Shown here one piece after another: positions 44,512 to 56,300 of a stretch of DNA of 64,000 nt (position 1 is its first letter; each line of letters starts with the position of its first letter). Under the pieces are notes generated by a model that was not told where the DNA came from, searched no databases, and saw only the letters and a list, made by a program, of their open reading frames with translations. The stretch covers positions 310,001 through 374,000 of the forward strand of contig OZ025693.1 in NCBI GenBank assembly GCA_964019335.1, given 5' to 3'. The position numbers and the translations under genes are program-made. The stretch is from Diplonema japonicum (lineage: Eukaryota > Protista > Euglenozoa: Diplonemea).

Positions 44512-45213
44512 GATTCTGTTTTTATTATTAGTTTTTTTTTTTTTTTTTTTTTTTTTTTGTTCTGCGGATTTGGTTGATTCTTTTTTTTTTTTTTTTCCTT
44601 CTTTCAAACAAAAAAAAAAAGATTTTTTTTTTCCAGACCCGCGTTTGGCACCGCTAAGCACGATATGGCGTCTGCTTCGAAAAAAGGGTCGGAGGGCTTT
44701 AATTTTTTCGGTTTTTTTTTTGTTTTTGTTTTTTTTTTGTTTTCTCTTTTTTTCTCCCCCTTCTTTTGGGAAACAACAGAATAGGGGAACTTAAGATTTG
44801 ATTTGAGATCCCGTTTTTCGTCCCTGGAGACCCTGACGGTTTTCTTGGCCCCTTTTGCCTTTAAGCACGATGTTTCGTGGGCCACACCACAGGCTCCATG
44901 CTCTTGAATGGTCGAAAGGTGTGTGTAGTTTGATCTCATCATCAGATGTGTTCAGCCAGGCACATACCCTCCAGGGGCATCAAGGAGGAAAAAAAAAAGG
45001 GGTAGGTAAACGTGTCAAGGTGTAAAACTCAAGGCTACCCTGTTCTGTTGTTTTCCCTTCGAACAAAAAAAAAAAACCCCTCCCCCACGTTTATACAACA
45101 AGAAACAAGAAAAATAGGGGAGATAAAGGGGGGGGGGGGGGGGTAACTAACAGTTATGAACAAATAATTGTGTGGGGTCTTTGCCCCCTCCCCCCCCCCC
45201 CCCCCCTCCTTCT

Positions 45214-48030
45214 CTAGGTGGTGTCCTCATCCTCCAAATCTTCTTCTTCCTCAACTTCTTCACCGTCTCCAGCAGCGGTTTCGTAGTCTTCAAAGCCAAG
45301 GAGCGTTTCGGCAAATGCTTTTGCGGTGATCTGCATTGTTTAGTTTTTTTTCAAAAAGAAATTAAAAGAAAGAAAAAAAAAAAAAACCTTGTCTTCAAGC
45401 AGGTCAACAGAGACAACATCATCCCCTAACAGGGACTTCAAACAACTCTCCACCTCAAGCTGGTGCAGGGACTCGGATTTGGTTTTCAGCAAACCAAACA
45501 ACACGTCTCGGTCTATCACCCCGCTGATGGGGTCGGCACCGATTGCCGCGAACGCACTCTCAATATTCTTCTTGTTGATCCCGAAGACAGGGCGGTGGTT
45601 CACATATAGCTGCACGAAGGTGTCGAAGTCTATGTAGATCTCCTCGGTCCCCACAAGCTTTCCGTGCTTTGTATAAATCTCAAACGTCATGTTTTGTATT
45701 TCCTTCTCGCTCGGGTAGTACCCCAAGGCACGCATCAGGTTGGGAACCTGTGTGAAGGGGATGGTCCCTTCAATAGTTCGCTTTGCTGTTGTTTCCTCGC
45801 CTTGCGATCGGATCTGCGCGTAGTAAAAGTAGTCGATGATTTCCTTCATGAACTCGCCGTCTTTCCCGCCTTCGATGATGTCGATGTAGTGGTCCACTAC
45901 AGGCCTGTCATCGTCGATTTTTAAACTCTCGCTGTCGATGGCCCACTGGTTGACGCAGCAATCCCTGCCGCCTGCTGTGAACAGATACTTTCCGTCGTAA
46001 GAAACTGCGATGGACGACACTTCCAATGGGTGAGCAAGAAGCCCCATCGCACTACGAGGGTTTCCGGTCAACGGGAGCCGCATTAACCCAACAACCTTTT
46101 CATGAGTGCTGTACACCAAACAAGGGTGTTGGTCGCCGCGGGGAGGAACAACCAGAACGTGGTTCAACGGCCCGCCGTAAGTGGGCCCCAACACAGTTTT
46201 CGTGCATTGTCTTGACACATCGGTTGAGAACAGTTTCAGTTTGTACTCGTTGGTCGCGATTGCCAAGGCGTCTGTCGACTCTGCCCGTTCATCAGGGTCG
46301 ACCAAAAAGGTATTGCTCCACAGGAAACCTGTAGGGACGGCGCCCTGTGTTATCTTGTGAGCTGATTTGATCCGCAGCCCGTTCTCGATCTCCGTGTCGA
46401 CAAGATTGTACTCGATAAGCCTTTTATCCTCACCAACCGACATCAGTCTTGCTGTGTCTCCGTACGGGACCACACCGAACTGAAGCCCTGTGACAGGAGC
46501 ACGATGGGACCGATGGCGTCCCATGTACACCCATTCTATGGGTTTGCGAGGGTCCTGTGCACGGTGTGTGTATCTGTACAGCCCGACGCATCCTTCCGCG
46601 TCCGCAACAGCGAGGTATTGCGAATCGTGGGAAAACACCATTTCCGTCACGCAGTCGGGCGTCTTCGGGCGGAAGGACTGCAGCTCCTCAAGCGTGCTCC
46701 CGTCCAGGATCTTCACAACACCGTTTGTGAAACCGACGGCGATGTAAGTAGCCTTCGGATCGAACACCAAGCAGTGCGCTAGGAGGTTCTTGAAGATCGA
46801 TAACAATAACACCTTACGTGTTGTGTATTCCCATAAATGAAGGTTTCCAGAGTACCCTGCGATTGCCACACGGGGGAGATGAGGGTGCGCGGCAACTGCC
46901 ATAATCGGTTGATCCTGGCCTTGGACGAGAAGGCGGCCTCGCTGCAGTTCTGGATTTGCTGTGTTGAAGGACCCTGACTGTGCGTCAATGATCATTGCGT
47001 TCGCTGTGCTGACAACGAAATCGGGGGCGTTGAAATCTTGTCCTGAAAACGCTGCTTCGCCGCTGTCTGTGAACTGCGGTTGCTGTGTGGCGGGCTCTTT
47101 GTCGAACGAGATGCTGATGATGGGCCCCCCGTTGAGCTCTTCAAACCACGCCAAGGTACGTAGCTGATGGTCGAAAAATCTAACATAACCCTCGACACCC
47201 CCTGTAACAAGCATGCTTCCTATTGCGGTAAGGAAGGTCACGCCTGTCGAATGCACGCGCACAACTTTCAAAACGATTTTATCCGTGGCTTTTGTCTTCT
47301 TTTCAGAAGACACGTTGCCCCACATGACGACATCGCCGTCGACTGTTCCGGAGGCTGCGAGAGATGTCCCTGGGACGTATACTGATTGTGTGAAGTTTCC
47401 GACTTGCTGTTTAAAGTCTCTTGAGGATATCGGTGGGGAATAGTATTTTAAGTCGCCCTCTTCCCACGACCAAAACACAACTCGTTTCTCTCCATTTGTG
47501 ATGAGCATGTGGTTGTCGTCGGTGCTGAATCGTACGCAGGTTTGCAAATCGTGCGCGGCGACACCGCATGAAAGCTTCGGACGATCACCTGTCTCGGAGG
47601 TCCATTCCCATATGGAAAGTGTTTGCGGTTCGTCCTTGCTGAGCGTGGCGACATACATCGCGTCTGGTGTCATGTCCATTGCTAGTACACCTTCGTCTTC
47701 CCGGAGGGGAATGTGTTTAATAGGTAAAAATTTGAATGTATCCCATATAATCATAAGGGCGTCGGCTCCTGCATCGCATGTGACCACAAAGCGTCTGTCT
47801 TTGGCGCATGCGGAGGACACGATTGGGTTTCGGTGGCCCTGGAGCAGTCGTTGCCGGTGTTCGTCAACGTCGTAAACCACAGCAGTGTGGCCTATACAGT
47901 AGAAGACCCTCTTTCTTGTTCCATCTGTCAGGTTGTGTACAACGCCTTTGAAATCCTTGTTTAATCCGAAGGCCCACTGCAGGGAAAGGCATTGTTGCAC
48001 ACCATCTTGTTCTTGCCCATCGTCTGGCAT
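45214..48030 (-). CDS. CFAP251: Cilia- and flagella-associated protein 251 (WDR66)
   Basis: L.WAFG.NK, QRLLQGHRNPI, WD repeats, EGGKDGEF, YFYYAQIRSQG, LMRALGYYPSE and LYVNHRP. Intron 45331-45387 restores ITAKAFAETLLGF. Confidence 0.88.
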
Positions 48031-48943
48031 TCCTTTGTTTTTTTTTTTTTTTTTTTTTTTCTCCTTTTTTTTTGTTAAAAAAAAGAAAAGAAAAAACGTT
48101 TTGTTCTTTACAAGAAACTTTGCAGTACTTGTTAAATACAAAAAAAAGCGAGATAAAAGAAACAATAAAGAGAGAGAGAGAGGGGGGGGGGGGGGGGAGC
48201 AATTGGGTTGCAGCTGCGGTTGGGATGAGTCAAAAAGAGGGGGAACGAGTGGGGGGGGGGATAAAAGAAGAAAGAAGCAAAAAAAATAAAATAAAAAAGA
48301 ACACAGTTAAGAAGGAGAAAAAAAAAAGAGAGAGAATGGATTAAAAAAGGTGGAAAAAAATAATATTCTGGAAGGAAAAAAAAAGGGGGGGTGAAAAGAA
48401 GAAACCTCTCCTGGATATTTTTTTTTCCCCTGTATGACGCAGGAAAGAAAAAAAGGAGGAGGAAGGGGCGTGTCGGTAGTTTTAAAAAAAAAAAAGCAGT
48501 TTGCCACGCACTAAGCTGCACTAAGAGTTATTAGAAAAAAAAAAAGAAAAAAAAGAGTAACTGACAGTTGTTTGCCCGTACCGGGGTAAGGAGCCTGGAG
48601 AAATTCCTAACCCGTAAAACACATTTACAACTTCCCCTTTTCGTAAAAAAAAAAAAAAAAAAAAAAAAACCAAAGTGCTAGCAACGACCCACCAAAAATA
48701 AAAAACAATAATGAAGCTAATGATAAGTAAAACAATAATGGGGCGGGACTTTTTTTTTTCTTTCAATCCCCTCATTTTTTTTCTCTTTTTTTTTTTCCCA
48801 GGCAGAAACGTCTTAGAATAAACAAAACAATAAAAAAAAAGAATTATAAAAATTGAAACACTCGGTGCATTTAAAAAAAAAAAAAAAGAAGAAGAAAAAT
48901 CCATTCTCAAATGATGATCTAAAAAAAAGGGGGGGGGGAACCA

Positions 48944-49180
48944 CTACTGAGGAGGCATATTTCCACTGAAACCTTGTGGTGCGCCATTGTAGCTCTGGGG
49001 GGGCAGGTCGGGGTTTCCAGTGGTGGAAGACCTGGGTTTGTCACCGTGCCTGAAAGGGCATGTGGGCCGAAGACACCTGTTCTTTTGGAAGAAGGTGCAG
49101 GCCACCTTTGAACGAGGGTCGGGACGCTGGAAGTAAAAACCACCCTGTCCTTTCTTCCCAGCATGAGAGTATGGGCAGCT

Positions 49181-49214
<34 letters not shown>

Positions 49215-50364
49215 CCTCCCTCATACGTATCACCGTTCTTGCAGAACTTCCCAGTCGCCCAGAAAGAGCATGGCACTTCTGCACGAGGATCGCTGTAAGT
49301 GCCCTATAAAAAAAAAAGAAGAAATTGAAGACCATCCACGGTTTAGATTTCATTTTCACCCCCCCCCCTCTCCCAAAAAAACCCATACAGGAGGAGGTCT
49401 AGACATAACGGTTTCATAAATGTCCATAAGAATCTTACCTTTCGCGCTCATGGGGGTAGATCTGTTTTTTTATTATTATTATTATTATTTTTTTTTTTTT
49501 TTTTTTCCCATACTCATCATAACCCTGTAGGACAGTTGCTTCGCCGGGTTTCAGAGCCTTCCACTCAGGAAGCTCATCCCTCTTGTAAGTCCGTATGGAG
49601 GGGTCGATATCGGTGGTTGTGGGTGCTGGCTGGACATCGTCGGAAAGGGTTGCCACACCCCAACCTGATCGCGCCTATACATTTTTTTCTTTTTTCTTTT
49701 TAAACACTTGAACACATACATTGTACTCCTTGCAGCTGAGGAAGGTCCCCTCCACAATTTCAGCCTCCTCCACTTTCATGGTGTTGTCCTTGAGCTCGGT
49801 GTCGCCCTTAAACAACCGGATCTCGGCACCGAAGTACTTTGATTCCTGTTCAATGGCCGCCTTGATGTCTCTGATAGAGTCTTCATTGTCTATCTTCAGG
49901 TTAATGGGCTCACCGGCAGGGAGCTTCACAGTAACCTCAAAGTGCGCGACACGATTGGGCCTAACCTTCATGGGCATAGGGGCCGACTGAGTAGCAGGCA
50001 ACGGTGGAGGGGCGGAGATAATGGATTCGTACTTCGATTTCAAAGATGCAACCCTAGACTGTGGTGGCTGGTTTGATGCCGACCCCCGGTGATGCTTCTG
50101 CTGGTAAATGTGATGAGGTTGCTGGCCTGCTTGTTGCGGGCCTTGTTGATGCTGCTGTTGCTGATGATGATGATGATGGTGGTGGTGGTGATGGTGATGG
50201 TGTTGGTGTTGGTAACCATGAGGAACCATACCCGGTGGCATCATCCACTGTGCCCCGCCAGGGGGCGCGCCATTGGGGTATCCTGCCATAGGACCACCCT
50301 TCCCCCCCTTCCCGCCAGGTACTGGCATTGGGTACCCATAGGGCATCATGCCGTTTGCAGACAT
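48944..50364 (-). CDS. Poly-His/Gln + ubiquitin-like domain + two CCCH zinc fingers (5 exons)
   Basis: Ubl region FEVTVKLPAGEPINLKI..DSIRDIKAAIEQ..IRLF.G.EL. Four short GT-AG introns reconstruct CSFWATGKFCKNGDTCPYSH and CTFFQKNRCLRPTCPFRH. Confidence 0.75.
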
Positions 50365-50483
50365 GGTTGATGTGTGTTTGTTTTTCTTTTTTTTTCTCTT
50401 TTTTTTTCCCTTCTCCCCCACGATGGCCCCCTCCTTTTTTTTTTGGGTATTTTCTTTTTTGTTTGCATTTTATTTCGGGATAG

Positions 50484-50533
<50 letters not shown>

Positions 50534-50682
50534 GCGTTGCGTTGTGGCACCTGAGAAGATGGCACGAGTGGACAAGACCCCTGTACATGGGAAGAAGCGC
50601 AGACGCTCTAAATGCAAGTCGGTCCACTTTGGCCAGCATGGATAGAATAAGCAAAAAAAAAATAAATATTAACTTTTTACTA

Positions 50683-51718
50683 AATAAAAATCAGATTACC
50701 TGATTTTTACGAGGAATTTTTTTTTTTCCACGAGTAGTTGAATTTCACGAGCGAAGCGAGTGAAATTCAAAAAAACGAGTGAAAAAAAAAAAAAATCCGA
50801 GTAAAAATCTGGCTGATTTTTATTACTTAATTTTTGTAAAGTTAAATGAGGAAATTTCGGACACTGTGAACCCTTTATGTTCACTTCTGCGAAATGTTCA
50901 CACTGATGTCAAAACTAAGCCTGAGTGCCTGAGAAGATGATGTCAAATTGACAGAATTCTGTAGGTTTTGTGTAATTTGTGTCGGCACTTGATCATCGCT
51001 CTTCAGAAACTGCTGGTTTTGCGCGGGGGCTTGATCAGGTCTGACTTCCAGCCAAAATAGCAGGTTCCTTCATCAACAAGGTATTGTGCAAAAGAACGCC
51101 TGTATGCATGGCCAGTGTAATTTTCGGCATTTGCCAGCCTCAGGTGTAATGCTTGGTGGCCCGGAAACGTGGTAAAGTGTGTTTATGCCTCTTTTGCCTC
51201 GGATGCCTGACTGTTTTTTGCCTCAGATACCTGACTCTGGTTTGGGTTGGTTGGGTTTCGTCTCACATTTTGAGAGGCGATTAATGTATGTGTCGAGCGA
51301 CGTTTGTAAAAGCGCAATATGCCGTAGCCCAGTGGTTATGTCGTCGCACTCGTCTCCTGGAGACGCCAGATCAAATCCTGGACCCCGAACTTTTTTCGAT
51401 AAAATCGGGGTCAAAAAAACGGTCCCTCGGGGGTTGAACCCTCGGCCCCTGAAACCCTGGCCGAGGGTCCTGACCTACGGCGGTGTTAGCGGCCACCAGA
51501 TGCAAAAAATGAAGACGAATACCGAAAAAGCCCGAAAATTGCTCAGAGTAAAAATCAGATTTTACTTTACATTTACGGCACTTTTTTAAGCCAAATTCGG
51601 CCTATATATTACTTTACTTTTATTCTTCACTTTACATTTACTCGTGAACGGTAAAGTGATTTCTGATTTTTATGGCTCTTTTATAAATTTCCTCATGTAA
51701 CTTTACAGAATTAAGTAA
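50683..51718. mobile_element. Non-autonomous element: ~140-bp terminal hairpin plus asymmetric ~35-bp inverted repeats
   Basis: Hairpin 50683-50823 centred on TTGAATTTCAC-GAGCGAAGCGA-GTGAAATTCAA. TTACTTAATTTTTGTAAAGTTAAATGAGGAAATTT (50823-50857) is inverted to 51685-51718. Confidence 0.7.
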
Positions 51719-51889
51719 AAAAATAAATAAATAAAAGAGTGAGAAAAAAATGTTTCTTTCTGCTTCCCCTTCACTCTCCCCCTTTCCAACGAAAATCTGT
51801 TTCTTTTTTTCTTCTGCTTTCTCTAAATTCCTTAAAAGACGTACTAGAAAGCCGTTTAGTTTTCAAAAAAAAAAAAAAAAAAGAAAAAA

Positions 51890-54800
51890 CTCGATAAAAT
51901 TTCAGTGTGCATGGGGGTGCTCACTGTTCAGGTAGAAATTCACACTAATCGGTCACCGTTCTGCGGTTGCTGTCTGGTGCCTGCGGTGGCTGTTTGTCGC
52001 GATGAGATGGACGGCATCTGGGCGAGAAACATTGCTTGGAGTCGTGCTAGGTAGGGGGGGGTTTGGCTCGAGGAGAAGAGTGGTCTCCTGTCGTAGCCGT
52101 GTGCCGTCGGGCCCCCAAGATGTCGAAGGGTATGCACCCTTGATTTGGCGTTGGCGGGGAAGGCTGACCTTCCACAGCGTGCTGAGCATTTCTGGATGCG
52201 ACCCAAGATGTATCGCATCCTTGCGGCCTTCTCCGGGAGCAGGTCTTGATCGTCGAGGGGACCTATGAGTGACCGGCGGGTGGTCTGCTCATAGTCTATG
52301 GCGAGTTCCATTGTAGTGACGGAAGTTTTCTTCTTACCATCGTACCATCGTAGGCCTCTTAGCCACTTGAGGACGTTCTTCAAATGAAAGGTCAGGACCG
52401 CGCCTGACGCCCCGTTCGCCTTCAGCAACGCTTCCGTCGGAACATCATGTTGCCTCCCTGTCGTTACCTCATCCCAAGGGTTGGAGGTGAGCACTCTCTT
52501 GCTTTTTTCCGCTGCTCTGGCGTCACGGACCGTCACTACTTTCAGGAGGTATTGTTGCACCATCCTGGCACGTTCTTTCCCTGCTTTGTCGGCCCCTCTT
52601 GGGACTATCCCGTGAAGGGCTGTGGCAGCTGGGAGGCCTTCTCGCTTCACCTCTGCGTATTGCTCGCTTTCCAACACACTCCTTGCCGGCTCGCACTCCC
52701 ACAGTGCATGCTCCGTCATGCTGGTCGTTGTCTGGGACCGGTGGTCGCAAACGTCACACGCTAATGCTGGGTTTTCCACACCAGGGCCATCCAATTTTCT
52801 CCCCCACACCCTCGGGTGAGTCGTGAACACTGCACCACTAATGATGCGCCGCAACCTAAAGGACACCAACGGTCTCCGGGCCTGGAGCTTTTTCCACCAA
52901 TAGTTCGTGGACGGGCACGCCCCTGCCTCCATCCCCACGAAGGTTGATCTCTTCTCGATCAGCCTCTTCGCAACTGCCGGTCTGATGGCTTGCCTCACTT
53001 TGTGAGCCACCGCTGTATCTCCGTGCAGGTCGGCCACAAAGGACCATCCCTTCCCCAGAAAGGGGAGCCATCTGTTCCGCAGGACTCCAATCGGACCCAT
53101 CACCTCATCGTCATCACGGTCCTGGTATAGACCAATGATCTCACCAACACGCTGCCGCAAACGCGGAGAGGCCAGGCTCTCCCGGACCAAGCTGTTTATC
53201 GTTCCGTAGATGACCTTCGACAGCGGATGTGCCGTATGCCCTGGCAGCAGAACGTTCAGTACAGACACGGGGTTTCTCATCCCGAACTGGGGGCCCCACA
53301 GGGAGACCACTGCCGCTGTACACATCTTCTTCAGCTGGTCGTCCGAGGGTGCCGCATACGTCGCTCCGTACAGACACGACGGTAGCACAGTGCTCGTCAA
53401 CATCGTCGACTTGTTCTCAAACCCTAGTGGCAAAGCTCCGAGACGGGTCAGGCGTCCCTCCGCTGCGTCCAGCTTGTCCAGCCTGTGATTCCCATCCATG
53501 CTCAGGTTCACGCCAAGTGATTTGATCTCCCTAGCTACCTTGAACGAGGAACCGGTGCATACTAAACTAGGGCCGATCTCGTTTTTCGTCGAGAATCCCT
53601 GCGACTTCTTTCCGTTGAGGCGCATCTCTGTCCAGTCCCCGAACTCGATCACCTTGTTGGTCGCCCTTGTCAGGACCTCCGCTAAACGCGCCAGGAGGTA
53701 CACGTCATCCGCGTACGAAAGTGACCAAGCTCCTGGTACTTCCGTCATCACGCACTTCACCATCACCGACACCAAGGCGTTCACCATGATTACCGAGATG
53801 GGGCACCCTTGCAGGATATCATTCGTCACTCGGAACTCTGAGCCAACACCTGTCGGGAAACGGAATCGCCGCTTCAGGTTCGCATACATAGCTTTCAAGG
53901 GGGTCAGTATCCGCTCGTGCAAACCGAGATCTTGCATCAGGCCAAAAGCTATCTGCTGTGGGACTCTGTCGAAGCACTTGACAAAATCCAACGCAATGCC
54001 GTTGAGAGGGGTGCCTGTCAACAGCGCCTCTTCGAGCTGTGTACTGAGCTCCATCAGAATGCTATCCGTGCCTCTCTTCGGTCTGAAACCATGCTGAGAG
54101 TCGTCGATCCACTTCTCTTGCCACAGCGTGATGTCACGCAGCCTCGCACATGCCCACAGCCGATAGACCGCGCTCGTGACTGTGATCGGCCGATGGTTCA
54201 GAGGAGTCCTCTCGCCACCCTTCGGGATCAACGTCACCAGCGCTGTCAGGAGTGCTTTCGGCCACTTCCCTGTCGTCTCGACTGCGTTGAACAGCTCGGC
54301 CCAAGCATCCAGCAGTACTACCGGCATGGCACGCAGTTCCGCCATCCTCCATCCATCCACCCCTGGAGCCGTTCTCGTTGACTTCTTGGCCAACACCGCC
54401 CTCAGATCCTCTCCTGTAAGTGGTCGAAGTTCCATCTTCTGCGACACGATGTACTCCCTGTACCTCGTTCTAAAGGCGTTGTACTGCGGCTCTCCTCGAT
54501 CCCCACCGTACAGCTGAAAAATAGGGTCCCACTCCTTGTGCATCATCTTGTCCATCTCTTCAAGATCTGCCGTGAGAACCCCGTCGCCTTCCACTGCCTG
54601 CGTTGCTGATGCCGTTGTGCCCTTCACGAAGGCGGTCACCCTCTTCCGTTCCTCCTTGAAGTGGGTGTTGATCCTCTCTTCATACTTCCTTTCACGCTCG
54701 ACCCTCGCGTCCTTTGCGATCACTCGCGCCAGAGCGGACAGGTCGTCGTCTAGGCGTTGAAGTTTGATGATAATCGTTTCAAAATTGTCCTTCATCAGAC

Positions 54801-55784
54801 CCACCTCGCATCTCGGAAGCTGCGGGAGCTTCGCTAGCACCTTTATAGCATTCGCCCAAGTCCTCAGCAGCTGCTCCGGCATGTTGCTTGCTAGTCCCCT
54901 GTCGAGCAGATCTTGGACTCCCGCAAGGATGTGCGAGACTTTCCGCTTCACCTCGGCGATGCACTTCTGCCAGCCCACTGCCGCACCTGTCGCCTCAACC
55001 ACAGATTTCGCCGACAGGCACTTCTCCTTTGGTTGTCGCGCCACGCTTCTTCCGACGTAGGCCCTCCGTCTCACCGCTGGCAGGTCCCCGATGCAGCATT
55101 CCTCCGAAACGCACGCTAACGTACTATACGCATCGTCAATGTCGCCGTCGCCCAGCTTCTGCGCAAATCCCCCGACCTGTAGCAGCTCAGCAACTCGGTC
55201 ACCATCAGCAGCTTCCATCGGCAACTCCCTCGGGACGAAGTATTTCCTCGTCATGCACTTGAGGGCCGGGATCCGGAGCTGGATTGAGAGGCAGCGGTGC
55301 TCGTTGGTGTAGACTGCGTCGTGTACCCACACCTTCTGTAGGCCTGCCGCCGCGATCGGGTTCAGCAGAACGTAGTCGATACGCGTCTTCGTGTTGGTGG
55401 CCTGCCTGGCAAAGGTGTGGCATGGTTCCACGCCATCCCTCTCGGCTTGCAGCATAGCAGCATCCACCCAATCGCTCCCCACCGCCTGTTGTAGCACTCC
55501 CGACTGTGACACCGCGGTGTTGAAATCGCCTGCCACGATGATCGGTACGTCACCGAGGACGCATCTCATCTTGTTCAGGACCTTATCCAGCAGAGCCTCC
55601 CGCTGGTGCTTGCCGTGACCGCCCGAGTGACAGTAGACTACGATCAGGTGTAACCACATATCTCGACCATCTAGGTTGATCATCGAGTGTACCCACCTGT
55701 TGTCGTCAGCTCTTCCTGCCGTATCTTTTACCAGAGCAGGTCGGCGTCGCTGCACCAGCAGACCCACCCCGCCCCTCTTCGCCT
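51890..55784 (-). mobile_element. Non-LTR retrotransposon (APE endonuclease + reverse transcriptase + C-terminal Cys/His motif), 5'-truncated within APE
   Basis: ORF 51940-55767 with GGVGLLV, IIVAGDFN, TRIDYVL, EHR, APGVDG, RPI, QHGF, LDFVKCFDRV, LQGCPIS, YADD and CDVC...HALWEC. Bracketed by A-runs on + at 51865-51889 and 55785-55797. Confidence 0.95.
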
Positions 55785-55872
55785 AAAAAAAAAAAAAGTT
55801 TAGCCTTCTCTATGCTTCTCTAAGAAAACTTCAGCGCTTTGGTACACTGGACACGGATTGCGGAGAGCTCAG

Positions 55873-56300
55873 TCATCTGGATGTAGGTATTCTTACCGTA
55901 GTCCAATCGCGGGGCAGGTCAGTATGTGGGCAGCAATTTACGTGGAGTGGAACGTGTGGTACTGACGTTGCTGACCAGAAAGAGATCTGGCACTGTGGGT
56001 CGCTTGGGCCCTTCTCCTTCTTGATGATGCGCATCAGGGACATCACCTTCGTTAGGAGCAGCTTGTCTGGTTCGTCGACGACGATGTACCTGTTGTGCTG
56101 CGATGCATGCCAGTGTCATACCTTAGCTCGCTCAGGTTGAACACCTTGTTGCGCTGTGCCAGCATGGACAGCATGGTGCCCAGTGTGCCGATGACCACGT
56201 CGCACCCCTCCGCGGGGTCGGGGTGCCCGTCTCGTTCCTTCAGCTTTGCGAGCATCAGAGTCTTGACAGGAGCCGACGTGGAGTATTGGTACAGGATGTG
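55873..56300 (-). pseudogene. DEAD-box helicase fragment, degenerate
   Basis: DVVIGTLG (motif Ib), a 32-nt intron 56090-56121, LRYIVVDEPDKLL (DEAD to DEPD) and WSAT (motif III), then loss of similarity and a stop. No N- or C-terminal domains are seen. Confidence 0.6.

Noticed and set aside
44770-44990. Small gene or C/D snoRNA between KARS1 and CFAP251
   Set aside because: The ORF has no recognisable motif and runs into homopolymer; box-like words lack proper order and terminal stem.
51415-51500. tRNA or tRNA-derived SINE (B-box-like GGTTCAACCCC on minus strand)
   Set aside because: No cloverleaf or A-box; better explained as an internal hairpin of the surrounding element.
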